Of a DNA stretch of 51,787 bases, positions 31,012 through 41,296 are shown one piece after another. Under the pieces are notes generated by a model. The model worked only from the letters and a program-made list of their open reading frames with translations. It did not search any database and was not told the DNA's origin. Origin of the DNA: a bacterium. Its GTDB lineage: Bacteria > JAHJDO01. The position numbers and the translations under genes are program-made. The stretch lies in the NCBI GenBank assembly GCA_043824255.1, contig JBDRTG010000025.1, positions 1 to 51,787 on the forward strand, read 5' to 3'. Position 1 is the stretch's first letter; every line of letters begins with the position of its first letter.

Positions 31012-32439
31012 ATGACCAAAAAACTTTTAATTACAATGTTGATAGGAATAATGGGATTTCTGTCATCTGCTCAACTGTCCTGGGCAAAAGAGAAAGAGAG
31101 TATGGCTCTTACCATCTACAACCAGAATTTTGGAGTGGTTAAGGACATCCGATATATTGATATTAAAAAGGGCATAAGTGATTTTACATGCAGGGATATT
31201 GCAGCTTCCATTGACCCAACTTCTGTGAGATTCGTCTCTCTGACAGATCCCGAAGGAACAGTTATCCTGGAGCAGAACTATGAATATGATTTAATCAACA
31301 GCCAGAAACTTATGCAAAAGTATATTGATAGAGAGATAATTATAGATGTTGGGGGGATTAAAAAGAAGGCTGTTCTCCTGAGCACTCAGGGCGGTAATAT
31401 TATCCGTATGGATGGCGAGATTTATCTTAATGCACCTGGCCGGATAATTCTGCCTGAACTACCAGAAGGATTGATCACTAAGCCAACGCTTCTATGGAAA
31501 ATAGATGCTCGAAAAGGCGCTAATCATCTCGCAAAGATCACCTACATCACAAATAATATTAACTGGAAGTCCGACTATACCTTAATCTCAAAGGAGAACG
31601 ATACTCTGCTTGACCTCTCTGGCTGGGTTACAATTGATAATAAAAGCGGGATGACTTATAAGGATGCGAAAATTAAATTAATGGCAGGAGATGTGCATAG
31701 AATTCAACCGGAGCGGTATGCACGTGTCCAAACGGAAATGAGATATCAAGCAAGTAGGGTAGGAAGTCCTCAGTTCGTAGAAAAAGGATTTGCAGAGTAT
31801 CATCTGTACACACTGCAACGTCCAAGTACGGTTAAGAATAGCCAGATCAAGCAGATTGAACTGCTGAATGCAAGTGATGTAAAATCTGAAAAGATTTATA
31901 TCTATCGCGGGGCGCTTTTTTCTACATACAGAGGTTATTCCACAGACGATCCTCGTTATGGTACTGAGGTCAACAAAAAAGTTAATGTCATGCTCAAGTT
32001 CAGAAATTCCAAGGAGAATAATCTGGGAATGTCTCTACCTATGGGAAAAATAAGGGTTTACAAACTTGATAAGGATGATGATTCACTGGAATTTATTGGC
32101 GAGGATCAGATCGACCACACTCCTAAAGATGAAGATATTGAGCTTTATATTGGAGATGCGTTTGACATTATAGGAGAAAGAAAACAGCTTAACTTTAAGA
32201 AAATTAGTCATAAAGTTTTTGAAGAGACATTTGAGATAAAGCTCAGAAATCATAAGAAGGAAGAAGGAGCAGTTGAGGTGAAGGTCATAGAAAATCTTTA
32301 CCGCTATGCAGATTGGGAAATCATCACGACCTCTCACAATTTCACCAAGACCGATTCACGTACAGTTGAATATAAGGTAAAGGTTCCAAGGGATGGTGAG
32401 GTAAAAATAACATATACGGTTCGTTATAACAGTCAATAA
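31012..32439 (+). CDS. Secreted DUF4139-domain protein
   Basis: Signal peptide; LTIYNQNFGVV, IDPTSV, EQNYEYDL, LAGDV-like KLMAGDV, EYHLY, FIGEDQIDHTP, GDAFDI. Confidence 0.85.
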   Translation: MTKKLLITMLIGIMGFLSSAQLSWAKEKESMALTIYNQNFGVVKDIRYIDIKKGISDFTCRDIAASIDPTSVRFVSLTDPEGTVILEQNYEYDLINSQKLMQKYIDREIIIDVGGIKKKAVLLSTQGGNIIRMDGEIYLNAPGRIILPELPEGLITKPTLLWKIDARKGANHLAKITYITNNINWKSDYTLISKENDTLLDLSGWVTIDNKSGMTYKDAKIKLMAGDVHRIQPERYARVQTEMRYQASRVGSPQFVEKGFAEYHLYTLQRPSTVKNSQIKQIELLNASDVKSEKIYIYRGALFSTYRGYSTDDPRYGTEVNKKVNVMLKFRNSKENNLGMSLPMGKIRVYKLDKDDDSLEFIGEDQIDHTPKDEDIELYIGDAFDIIGERKQLNFKKISHKVFEETFEIKLRNHKKEEGAVEVKVIENLYRYADWEIITTSHNFTKTDSRTVEYKVKVPRDGEVKITYTVRYNSQ

Positions 32440-32515
32440 TGAAGGCGTGTATGTACGGAGACTAGGGGCCCGTGTAAAGTGTGCGCCTAAGTAAAAGCAC
32501 AAATGGGAGAACATT

Positions 32516-33712
32516 ATGAAAAAAATTGTAGTTGCATATTCAGGAGGACTTGATACTTCTATTATAATTCACTGGCTAAAGAATAAATACAACGCAGAAA
32601 TTATTGCATATACTGCAGACCTTGGGCAAGGTGAATATCTAGCTCCGCTTAAAGAAAAGGCAATAAAAACAGGTGCTTCTAAGATATATATTGAAGATTT
32701 ACGAGAAGAATTTGTTAGAGATTATGTATTCCCTTCTTTAAAGGCATGTGCGCTGTATGAGAACAAATATCCTCTAGCGACTGCATTAGGTCGTCCTCTT
32801 ATTGCAAAAAGACTTTTAGAAATTGCAAAGAAAGAAAAAGCTGATGCAGTAGCACATGGATGTACTGGCAAAGGCAATGATCAGGTGAGATTTGAGGCAA
32901 CCTTTGCAGCTTTAGATCCAGACATAAAAGTAATTGCGCCGTTGCGAGAGTGGGAACTTAAATCAAGAGAAGAGGAAATACAATATGCAAAAAAACATAA
33001 TATCCCGGTTGATGTTACAAAGAAAAGTCCTTACAGCATTGACAGGAATCTCTGGGGAGTAGCAATTGAATGTGGAGCTCTTGAGGATCCATGGACTGAA
33101 CCTCCTGAGGAAGCATATCAGGTTACACAATCCCCGTTGAAAGCACCAAACAAGCCAGCATATATAGAGATATACTTTGAGACAGGCATACCAAGAAAAC
33201 TAAATGGAAAGACTATTAACAGTATAAATTTAATAGAAAAATTAAATCAATTGGGCGCTCAAAACGGTGTTGGGAGAATAGATATGGTTGAAAACCGCCT
33301 TGTAGGAATTAAATCCAGAGAAATATATGAGGCTCCTGTAGCAGTTATTCTCCATAATGCTCATAACGCTCTTGAAGAACTAGTTCTTGACAGAGAAACC
33401 ATGCATTTTAAGGAAATAATCTCTCAGAAATATGCAGAAATAATATATTATGGGCTCTGGCATTCTCCCCTGAAAGAAGCTCTGGATGAATTTGTTAATA
33501 AAACACAGGAGAATGTAACAGGAACAATAAAGGTAAAACTTTACAAAGGTACATGTACTGTTGTCGGAAGAAAATCAAAGTTCTCTCTGTACAGTGAAAA
33601 CCTTGCCACTTACACCTCTAAAGATACATTTGATCACAAATCTGCAAAGGGATTTATTGATATCTGGAGCCTTCCTCTGAAGGTTAGGGCACTGCTCAAA
33701 AAAAATAGATAG
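32516..33712 (+). CDS. argG: Argininosuccinate synthase
   Basis: AYSGGLDTS, HGCTGKGNDQVRFE, YSIDRNLWG, ENRLVGIKSREIYE. Confidence 0.97.
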   Translation: MKKIVVAYSGGLDTSIIIHWLKNKYNAEIIAYTADLGQGEYLAPLKEKAIKTGASKIYIEDLREEFVRDYVFPSLKACALYENKYPLATALGRPLIAKRLLEIAKKEKADAVAHGCTGKGNDQVRFEATFAALDPDIKVIAPLREWELKSREEEIQYAKKHNIPVDVTKKSPYSIDRNLWGVAIECGALEDPWTEPPEEAYQVTQSPLKAPNKPAYIEIYFETGIPRKLNGKTINSINLIEKLNQLGAQNGVGRIDMVENRLVGIKSREIYEAPVAVILHNAHNALEELVLDRETMHFKEIISQKYAEIIYYGLWHSPLKEALDEFVNKTQENVTGTIKVKLYKGTCTVVGRKSKFSLYSENLATYTSKDTFDHKSAKGFIDIWSLPLKVRALLKKNR

Positions 33713-33713
33713 C

Positions 33714-35435
33714 TTACCTTCTGCTTCTAAGAAGCTTTGTGTTCTCTTCACCGCCGTTCTGAAGATAAATCAGAGGAACAGGTCTGTCAATATTCTCTAT
33801 GAACTTTGGTCTCCCCTGCCATGGAGTAATAGAAAGAACATTGGTCAAATCCATCCAGTATTCAAGCCGGGAAGGTTTGAGGTTCCATGTCATATGGAAA
33901 TGATTTGCCGGCGCAAATTGCTTGTATTCAAGCATGCTTGCATACTTTGGCACAACAAATGTATGTGGCCATGTTGGGGTAGAGGCCTGACAAACAGCAT
34001 CGCAAAGTTTGGCTGGAAGCTCAGCAGTAGAAGCCTCATCCCAGACCATTGAGAATAAGTTGCTTATTGTATTATAACATAATCTGGCTGCGATACCCTC
34101 TATTCCGCCCGGCGAAACATAATTCACCGAATTACCGCCGCCCGGGAAATAATAAGGATCAGCTAAAGGAAATCTGCATTTAGACATAATGTTCTTAATA
34201 TCTGCACCAGGTTTTGCTGCCCAATCAAAGGATGCGCTTCCTGAATTATCGCCGTCTACTATTCCTTTTTTCTCCCATAGTTCTCTACCCCGTAGATGGA
34301 TATTAAGTCTTTTAGCAAGTGCCTTGAGTTCTCCGATTTCCCAGACCTTGCGAAAATCCATGAATAAAGGTGGATTACCGCCGCTTAGATAAGTCATGAA
34401 AAGCATAGTGAGCAGTCCCTGTACGTCAGCTTCTGTAGCATAGGGAACAGGTGCTTTTCGCCCGTTATGGTCAAAAGTTGAATTAAACAAAGATTCCATT
34501 ACATCTGCAACAGGTAGGGGAATACCGCGCGGGTCAGAGCCCCATTCCAGCTGACTCATAAATCCGCCACCTACGGCATTCAGGTCTTTTAATAGATCTC
34601 TGTTTATAAGATACATTGCAAGAGACTGATTGAACCTTTCATCATCTTCATTATTTCGTAATTCAATCCGATTTCCAACATAGCGGTTCAGCCACTTTCT
34701 CAACCCAATCAGTTCTTTTTTATTGTACGCTTTCTTATTAAGCATATCAGCAAGCAGTTTCATATCCAGGCGTGTAACTTCTATGCCAAATGTATTTCTC
34801 GTGGGAAGAATATGCGCTAAGGCTGTTTCCATTCCCATTGAGTCATGCCCGAATATAACAACGCGTCTTCCTCTTAACCCAACAACAGTAACAGCGCCGT
34901 AGCACCAGTCAATAAGATTCTCAGCTGTTCTTCCTGTCATTTTTGGACTGCTACCTGTATCCGGCCATGTCCCGACATTTAAGTGCACCATACGACCATA
35001 CTGGGAAATAGCTCCTGTAACAGCCTGGGCAAAAACAACGCCTGGCTTGGGAGCACTGTTGCCACAGGTAATATTTATCGGAGTATCAGCAGGAAATTGC
35101 TGCAATAATGAAATAAGGGTTAATTGAGGGAATGCCCATGTATCCGGAACACACACAAGAATATCCACACCGGCTTTTCGAAACTGTTGGGCAACAACAT
35201 CTGCCTCTCTCTCGCCATCTATCAGAACTGCTGAATAAACCACCTCAACAGGCGTTTTATCAGGCAGGTAAACCTTACCCGAGATAGTATTTGCAACCAT
35301 GTCAATAATATTCTGACAGCGCGTGCGGCTCGCCGTATCAATTCGCGGGTCGCTCGTAGCAAAAACACCAATAGTTGGAGTTTTTGGATTAGCTTTACTT
35401 ACAGGAGTTAATTCCTTTGCTTTTACATTTGCCAT
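33714..35435 (-). CDS. fucI: L-fucose isomerase-family protein
   Basis: SMGM, FDHNG, ATEAD..G, FMD.RK.W, NSGS, YFPGGG, PTWPHTF, ANH; adjacent to a fucosidase. Confidence 0.75.
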   Translation of the reverse strand: MANVKAKELTPVSKANPKTPTIGVFATSDPRIDTASRTRCQNIIDMVANTISGKVYLPDKTPVEVVYSAVLIDGEREADVVAQQFRKAGVDILVCVPDTWAFPQLTLISLLQQFPADTPINITCGNSAPKPGVVFAQAVTGAISQYGRMVHLNVGTWPDTGSSPKMTGRTAENLIDWCYGAVTVVGLRGRRVVIFGHDSMGMETALAHILPTRNTFGIEVTRLDMKLLADMLNKKAYNKKELIGLRKWLNRYVGNRIELRNNEDDERFNQSLAMYLINRDLLKDLNAVGGGFMSQLEWGSDPRGIPLPVADVMESLFNSTFDHNGRKAPVPYATEADVQGLLTMLFMTYLSGGNPPLFMDFRKVWEIGELKALAKRLNIHLRGRELWEKKGIVDGDNSGSASFDWAAKPGADIKNIMSKCRFPLADPYYFPGGGNSVNYVSPGGIEGIAARLCYNTISNLFSMVWDEASTAELPAKLCDAVCQASTPTWPHTFVVPKYASMLEYKQFAPANHFHMTWNLKPSRLEYWMDLTNVLSITPWQGRPKFIENIDRPVPLIYLQNGGEENTKLLRSRR

Positions 35436-35449
35436 TTTATAATCCTTTC

Positions 35450-36760
35450 CTATTTTAAAAACAACTCAATAACCGGTACAACTACATCCGGCTTTTCAAT
35501 CGGCAGAGCAAGTGTCAATGTTTCATGACCTAATTTTTCAGATAGGGAAACATGTTCTTCTTTTAGGCCATGTCTTTGTATCTTTATCTCTGAGCCATCA
35601 TTTAGGAGCTGTGCATATTCAACATTATTCGCCATGTTATCAAGATGGATGGTTTTAAAAGGCCATGAAAAAATGTGCAGGTAGAGACGATTTCCATTTT
35701 GAGTAAACCTGCAGTCCTGAGGCGGCTTGAATTCACTCTGAGTTGCGCCATAGATAGAGATGGAATGAAGTTTCATCCACTCACCTATATAATGCAGTCT
35801 TTCCAAAGCTTTTGATTCAAACTGCCCTCTTGCTGTAGGTCCAACATTCAATATCATGTTTCCACCTTTAGAGACTCCATCAATCAGCATCTTTATGAGC
35901 ATCTCTGGTGATTTCCATGCAAAAGAAGTTTTTGACGATCCAAAGACTCCGGAGCTATCTCTGTGATAGCCCCAACTTCCGTTCAAAGTCTGGCACGCCT
36001 CCCATACAACAGGTTTCCCGTCCACATGAACCCATCCGCGCGGCTGGAACTGCTCGGGAGTATGAATATCCTGGGTAATTTCCGTCCGGTTATTGATGAT
36101 TATATCTGGCATCAATTCTCTAATCATCTTAATTAGTTTCTCAGACTGCCAGTCCTCTTTGCCTTTCCCTTTCATTCCACGAGATTCGGTATAAGAAAAA
36201 TCAAAGAATAAAATGTCAATCTTCCCGAACTCTGTCAGCAGTTCTCGAACCTGACCATGTAAATACTCAGCATATTTTTTAATATCGCGATTCTTTTCCT
36301 GTTTTTTGAATTCTTCATCATCTCGCTGTGGATGACGGCCGTCCACAGGAAACTCTGGATGATGCCAGTCAATCAGCGAATGATAGAAACCTATTTTAAT
36401 CCCCTGCTTCCGAAAGGCTTCAACAAACGGTTTAAGAAGATCGCGTCCTGCAGGTGTATTCGTTGCTTTGTAATCAGTCAGTTTAGAATCCCATAGACAA
36501 AAGCCGTCGTGGTGCTTTGTCGTCAGGACAACATATTTCATCCCGGCATCTTTCGCCGCTTTTGCCCATTCATCAGGGTCATACAGATCAGGATCAAAAT
36601 GGTTGAAGTATTTTTGATACTCTTCATCCGTTGTTTTTTCATAGTTTTTAACCCATTCATGACGGGCAGCAACTGCATAAATGCCCCAGTGAATGAACAG
36701 ACCAAAACGATCATGAACAAACCAGTCTGTTTTGCCAGGTGTAGGTTCAGGTTTGAGCAT
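35450..36760 (-). CDS. Alpha-L-fucosidase (GH29), no signal peptide
   Basis: WF...RFGLFIHWG, AGMKYVVLTTKHHDGFCLWDS, WEACQT..SWGY, SKGGN..LNVGP. Confidence 0.93.
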   Translation of the reverse strand: MLKPEPTPGKTDWFVHDRFGLFIHWGIYAVAARHEWVKNYEKTTDEEYQKYFNHFDPDLYDPDEWAKAAKDAGMKYVVLTTKHHDGFCLWDSKLTDYKATNTPAGRDLLKPFVEAFRKQGIKIGFYHSLIDWHHPEFPVDGRHPQRDDEEFKKQEKNRDIKKYAEYLHGQVRELLTEFGKIDILFFDFSYTESRGMKGKGKEDWQSEKLIKMIRELMPDIIINNRTEITQDIHTPEQFQPRGWVHVDGKPVVWEACQTLNGSWGYHRDSSGVFGSSKTSFAWKSPEMLIKMLIDGVSKGGNMILNVGPTARGQFESKALERLHYIGEWMKLHSISIYGATQSEFKPPQDCRFTQNGNRLYLHIFSWPFKTIHLDNMANNVEYAQLLNDGSEIKIQRHGLKEEHVSLSEKLGHETLTLALPIEKPDVVVPVIELFLK

Positions 36761-36789
36761 TGTATTATCCTCCTTAGTTTTTGTATGTT

Positions 36790-37845
36790 TTATCTTTCCC
36801 TGAGTTCAAGATACGCTTCGTTATAGTATAATGCATTGTCTACAGGTGTATTTGGCGGAATGTGATTTCCTACTGCCATAATGAATCCAGGATATTTTTT
36901 CCCTATGTCCATACATCTTTTCACTTCATTGTATATATCCTCTTTTGTTCCTGAAAGAAGTATTCTAGTATCCGCGTTCCCGACAAAACCGTGCGTTTTC
37001 CCATATTTATCTGCAAACAGCTTCATATCACACGAAGGCTCCATTACAAGCATATGCGCACCGCAATCCACAATATCATCAAAGAATTCTGTATAGTTTC
37101 CATCTGATGTAAAGATTATTTTCTTTCCTGCCTCAAGTAAGGGCTCAAGCAGTTTTTTAAGACGTGGGAAGATGGCTTTTCTGTACCAGTCCGGAGACAT
37201 TACAGGTCCGCTTGTCCAGCATATATCATCATGACACATAAAAACAGGCACATTAGACTTTGCATATGCAAGGTAATACTGTTTTATCCACCTGTAGTAA
37301 CTTTCTATAACTCTGTCAAACTTGTCTTTATCGCTACCAACTGCTAAAAGAAACATGTCCCAGCCAAACATCGCAATAAAACCAGAAAATAATGTAACAT
37401 ACACTCCACCCATATTGACGGTATTTCCGTATGTTGTTTCATTTTTTTTATAGTTCCTTTCGACCTTCTTGATAATTTCGTCTGTAGCAACTTCTCCATA
37501 TTCTTTATAAGTATCAAAATTTAAAACACCCTCTACATCTTTAAACGGACAGGTAACTTCTGTATCAAAATCTGTGCCTCCTTCCGTATATACAGCGTGT
37601 CCCATTTTTGTAATCTTGCCGTGTTTTTCCAATTCGTGATAGCTGATATGCGCGCTCCACATAAATGCGTAATCCCACTTCTTTATAAATTCTCTGCTTG
37701 CTTTTTCCCTGTTTTCTTCTTTATCAGTATCAATTTTTGTAACTCTCTTTACTAACGGCCAATGACGATGTGCAGAATATTCTGTCCTTGGTACAGTATC
37801 TGTAAATTCAAGATTTAATGTTGCTATTCCACTTTTGTAAGACAT
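36790..37845 (-). CDS. Uroporphyrinogen decarboxylase / MtaA-fold protein of unknown function
   Basis: HDD..W..GP..SP..YR....P, F.SDGN, GNADT..L..GT.EDI..EVKRC, GNHIP..TP..N. Confidence 0.75.
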   Translation of the reverse strand: MSYKSGIATLNLEFTDTVPRTEYSAHRHWPLVKRVTKIDTDKEENREKASREFIKKWDYAFMWSAHISYHELEKHGKITKMGHAVYTEGGTDFDTEVTCPFKDVEGVLNFDTYKEYGEVATDEIIKKVERNYKKNETTYGNTVNMGGVYVTLFSGFIAMFGWDMFLLAVGSDKDKFDRVIESYYRWIKQYYLAYAKSNVPVFMCHDDICWTSGPVMSPDWYRKAIFPRLKKLLEPLLEAGKKIIFTSDGNYTEFFDDIVDCGAHMLVMEPSCDMKLFADKYGKTHGFVGNADTRILLSGTKEDIYNEVKRCMDIGKKYPGFIMAVGNHIPPNTPVDNALYYNEAYLELRER

Positions 37846-37982
37846 CTAAATCTCCTTATAATTCATCTTTGCTCTTTCACATGTTTACCATACTTGGCAA
37901 ATGCTTTACAAGCAATATCCTATAATGGGCCGAAACATTATAGGCACAGTTATTTTCCGTAATACTTTCCCTCTGGCACTTT

Positions 37983-38244
37983 TGTGCCGTGTACGCCTAA
38001 CTCGCTATGCAAAAGTAGCGGCAGATTTTCTCTACAGACTTCAGTATCTTATTAATCAACATATTTTGAATCTTCAAACGGATAATGGTTCTGAGTTCGT
38101 TAATTACTTTGAGCAGTCTTCCATAATGCCTGGAATTCAAAGATAACTCATCAAGCACTTGATTATTTAACGCCTATGGGATATATTGGGAATTACAATG
38201 AGAATCTTGAACAAAAAGCGTTACCTATATGCCCAGCCAGCACA
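37983..38244 (+). mobile_element. Internally deleted IS481-like insertion-sequence relic
   Basis: TGTGC...GCACA ends; AADFLYRL...LQTDNGSEF (rve integrase core) then, in another frame, HQALDYLTP...LPICPAST (transposase C-terminus). Confidence 0.7.
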
Positions 38245-38304
38245 CATGGTTAACGAATCTTTCTAAGTTGTTAAAATTAATATCAATATACAGGTTATAG
38301 AGAA

Positions 38305-39222
38305 ATGAAGAGAAGGAAGAAATTAATTGCGTATCTAGGGGCTTATCTTTTTCTTTTACCTAATTTCATAGGATTTGTCTGTTTTACTATAGGGCCCACT
38401 ATCGCCTCTCTTGTTCTTGCTTTTACTGACTGGGATTTACTGACGCCTATAAAGTTTATTGGTTTCTCTAATTTTACCAAACTGCTCGGGTTTTACCATA
38501 CTGCGGCTGGGCTTGTTCCAAATGACCCCGGCTTCTGGTATTTCCTCTGGAATACTGCATTCTTCATGTTTTTTATTCCGGCATCTATGTGCCTTTCTCT
38601 TTTAATAGCACTGCTTTATAACCAGAAACTGAGAGGCATTGTAATCTATCGCACGATATTCTTTTTACCTAGTGTCTGCTCTGGAGTTGCTCTGGCTCTG
38701 CTGTGGAGATGGCTATACAATCCGGATTTTGGATTGATTAACATATTCCTGGGAAATATCGGGATTAAAGGACCGCTCTGGCTCTCCAGCATTATGTGGG
38801 CTAAACCAGCTATTGCTCTTATGGGTCTTTGGGCTGGTATGGGCGGATTTAATGCTATTCTCTATTTAGCGGCTCTACAGGGAGTGCCCCGTGAACTCTA
38901 CGAGGCAGCGGATATTGATGGAGCTAGCGCCTGGCAGAAATTCAGGTACATTACACTGCCGGCAATAACCCCAACAACATTCTTCATTACTGTAATGAGC
39001 GTTATTAGCGGTTTTCAGGGAGGATTTATGTCAGCGTATATTATGACTGGTGGAGGGCCCGCTGGAGCTACTACGACCATTAGCTACTATATTTACAACA
39101 ACGCGTACCAGTGGTTTAAAATGGGTTATGCTTCTTCTATAGCGTGGGTGCTATTTGTTTTAATATTTGGCATGACTATGCTTAACTGGAAATACGGCGG
39201 AAAAAGGGTAAAGTATGTCTGA
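38305..39222 (+). CDS. Carbohydrate ABC transporter permease (UgpA/MalF-like)
   Basis: YLFLLP, RTIFFLP, EAA loop ELYEAADIDGA..WQKF..ITLP, MGYASSIAW. Confidence 0.93.
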   Translation: MKRRKKLIAYLGAYLFLLPNFIGFVCFTIGPTIASLVLAFTDWDLLTPIKFIGFSNFTKLLGFYHTAAGLVPNDPGFWYFLWNTAFFMFFIPASMCLSLLIALLYNQKLRGIVIYRTIFFLPSVCSGVALALLWRWLYNPDFGLINIFLGNIGIKGPLWLSSIMWAKPAIALMGLWAGMGGFNAILYLAALQGVPRELYEAADIDGASAWQKFRYITLPAITPTTFFITVMSVISGFQGGFMSAYIMTGGGPAGATTTISYYIYNNAYQWFKMGYASSIAWVLFVLIFGMTMLNWKYGGKRVKYV

Positions 39223-40087
39223 TTACAAAGTAATAACCTTAAAGCAGTCAAAGAAAAGAAGACAGATAAAAGAACTTTCATGGAAAACACTCTGGTATAT
39301 AATTCTCTCTATTGGTGCATTTACTATGCTTATTCCGTTACTCTGGATGATTTCTACTTCCCTGAAAGTCCCTGGAGCTGTTTTTACCTTTCCTCCTCAG
39401 TGGATTCCACGTCCTGTTCTGTGGAGAAACTATATTGACGCCTGGAGAGCGGTCCCATTTGGACGTTTTTATATTAACTCCCTAGCTGTGGCATTTGTCA
39501 CAACATCAGGTGTGCTGCTAACAAGTTCTTTAGCAGGTTACGCTTTCTCCAGACTGGAATTTCCTGGAAGAGACAAAATATTCTTTCTCTATTTAGCTAC
39601 TATGATGCTGCCTGGCGCTGTAACTATGATTCCAACCTTTATTCTAATGAAGAATATTGGATGGGTTGATACTTATAAAGCGCTGATGATACCTACGATT
39701 TTCACTGCTTACGGGACGTTTTTGCTAAGGCAGTTCTTTATGAGTCTGCCGAGCGCGCTGGAGGATGCTGCAAGGATTGACGGTTGCACAAAGCTCGGTA
39801 TATACTGGCATGTTATTCTACCTCTTTCAAAACCTGCCCTGGCAACACTGGGAACAATGAGTTTTATTGGCTCATGGAATAATTTTATGTGGCCGCTTAT
39901 TATGATTAATTCAGTGGAAAAAAAGACTTTGCCTATCGGACTTGCCTCTTTTCAGGGACTATATTCTACCGACTGGACGCTATTGATGGCTGCTTCTATT
40001 ATTGTTATGATACCAGCTCTGATAGTATTTGTGTTTGCACAGAGATACTTTGTAGAGGGAATAAAGCTGTCTGGGGTAAAATTTTAG
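39215..40087 (+). CDS. Carbohydrate ABC transporter permease (UgpE/MalG-like)
   Basis: TSLK, GYAFSRL.F.G, LRQFF..LP..LEDAARIDG, WNNFMWP, QRYFV.GI. Confidence 0.93.
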   Translation: MSDYKVITLKQSKKRRQIKELSWKTLWYIILSIGAFTMLIPLLWMISTSLKVPGAVFTFPPQWIPRPVLWRNYIDAWRAVPFGRFYINSLAVAFVTTSGVLLTSSLAGYAFSRLEFPGRDKIFFLYLATMMLPGAVTMIPTFILMKNIGWVDTYKALMIPTIFTAYGTFLLRQFFMSLPSALEDAARIDGCTKLGIYWHVILPLSKPALATLGTMSFIGSWNNFMWPLIMINSVEKKTLPIGLASFQGLYSTDWTLLMAASIIVMIPALIVFVFAQRYFVEGIKLSGVKF

Positions 40088-41172
40088 GTTATTACCTCTT
40101 CAGAAATCTTATCAAAGAAGTAGAGTCTTTCTGGAGGAAATAAAACCTTTACTTTATCTCCACTATTGTGTTTGGTTAGGCTGAAACTCGTCTGGCTTGC
40201 CAGAAAACCAACATTGCTAACACTGAAGTGAAGCAGAATCTCGTTTCCAAGTGGTTCTGTAACCTCAAGCACAGCAGAGAATCCTTTTTCATTGGAAATT
40301 TCAATACTTTCTGGCCGTATGCCTAAAAATACCTCTTTGTTAATATAAGGTGCTATTTTAGTTGAGGTTTTTGCATCAAGAGGAATCTCAATGGCATCTC
40401 CTGCAAAATAAAAACTGTTGTCTTTTTTAAGTATTTTCCCTTCAAAGAAATTCATAGGTGGAGAGCCGATAAAACTGGCAACAAACTTATTTAGGGGCTT
40501 ATGGTAAAGAGTAAGAGGAGCATCTACCTGTTGAATAAGTCCATCCTTGAGAACTACTATCCTTTCCCCCATTGTCATTGCTTCTACCTGGTCATGAGTT
40601 ACGTAGATTGCGGTTGTCTGTAGTCTTTGATGCAACTTTATTATCTCTATTCTCATCTGGACCCTGAGTTTTGCATCAAGATTACTCAAAGGTTCATCAA
40701 AAAGAAAAACCTTTGGCTTACGTACAATTGCTCTTCCCAATGCGACTCTCTGCTGTTGTCCTCCTGAAAGTGCTTTTGGAATTCTTTCAAGAAGATGTTC
40801 TATGCCTAAAATCTGTGCTGTTTCCTTTACTCTTCTGTCAATCTCCTCTTTTGGATATTTTCTCAGCTTCAGGCCAAAGGCAAGATTATCATAGATCTTC
40901 ATGTGAGGATAAAGAGCATAACTCTGGAAGACCATGGCAATATCCCTGTCTTTTGAAGGCACATCATTGATTAACCTATCGTCAATATAAATTTCACCTT
41001 CAGTGATCTCCTCAAGCCCTGCTATCATCCGAAGAGCTGTTGATTTTCCAGAACCTGAGGGCCCGACAAAGACAACAAATTCCCTATCCTTTACTTCAAG
41101 GGAAAAGTCCTTAACTGCTTCCACGCTGCCTGAAAACACCTTTGTAACATTCTTCATATGTACCCGCGCCAT
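40084..41172 (-). CDS. Sugar ABC transporter ATP-binding protein (MalK/MsmX-like)
   Basis: GPSGSGKST, IAMVFQSYALYPH, LSGGQQQR, DEPLSNLDAKLR, YVTHDQ, FIGSPPMN. Confidence 0.95.
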   Translation of the reverse strand: MARVHMKNVTKVFSGSVEAVKDFSLEVKDREFVVFVGPSGSGKSTALRMIAGLEEITEGEIYIDDRLINDVPSKDRDIAMVFQSYALYPHMKIYDNLAFGLKLRKYPKEEIDRRVKETAQILGIEHLLERIPKALSGGQQQRVALGRAIVRKPKVFLFDEPLSNLDAKLRVQMRIEIIKLHQRLQTTAIYVTHDQVEAMTMGERIVVLKDGLIQQVDAPLTLYHKPLNKFVASFIGSPPMNFFEGKILKKDNSFYFAGDAIEIPLDAKTSTKIAPYINKEVFLGIRPESIEISNEKGFSAVLEVTEPLGNEILLHFSVSNVGFLASQTSFSLTKHNSGDKVKVLFPPERLYFFDKISEEVIT

Positions 41173-41296
41173 AACCCCCTCTTATTTAGATTTAGGCGAA
41201 TTTTAGCAAAAAAAAATGGAAAATGCAAAAAAAACATTATTCTTTTAGAAAAATAATGTTACAATTACCAGAGTAAAGAACCGATATCGAATTTTT

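Noticed and set aside
37901..38146. 81-aa ORF as an intact gene
   Set aside because: Only its second half is transposase-like and the DDE triad is incomplete; treated as part of the IS relic
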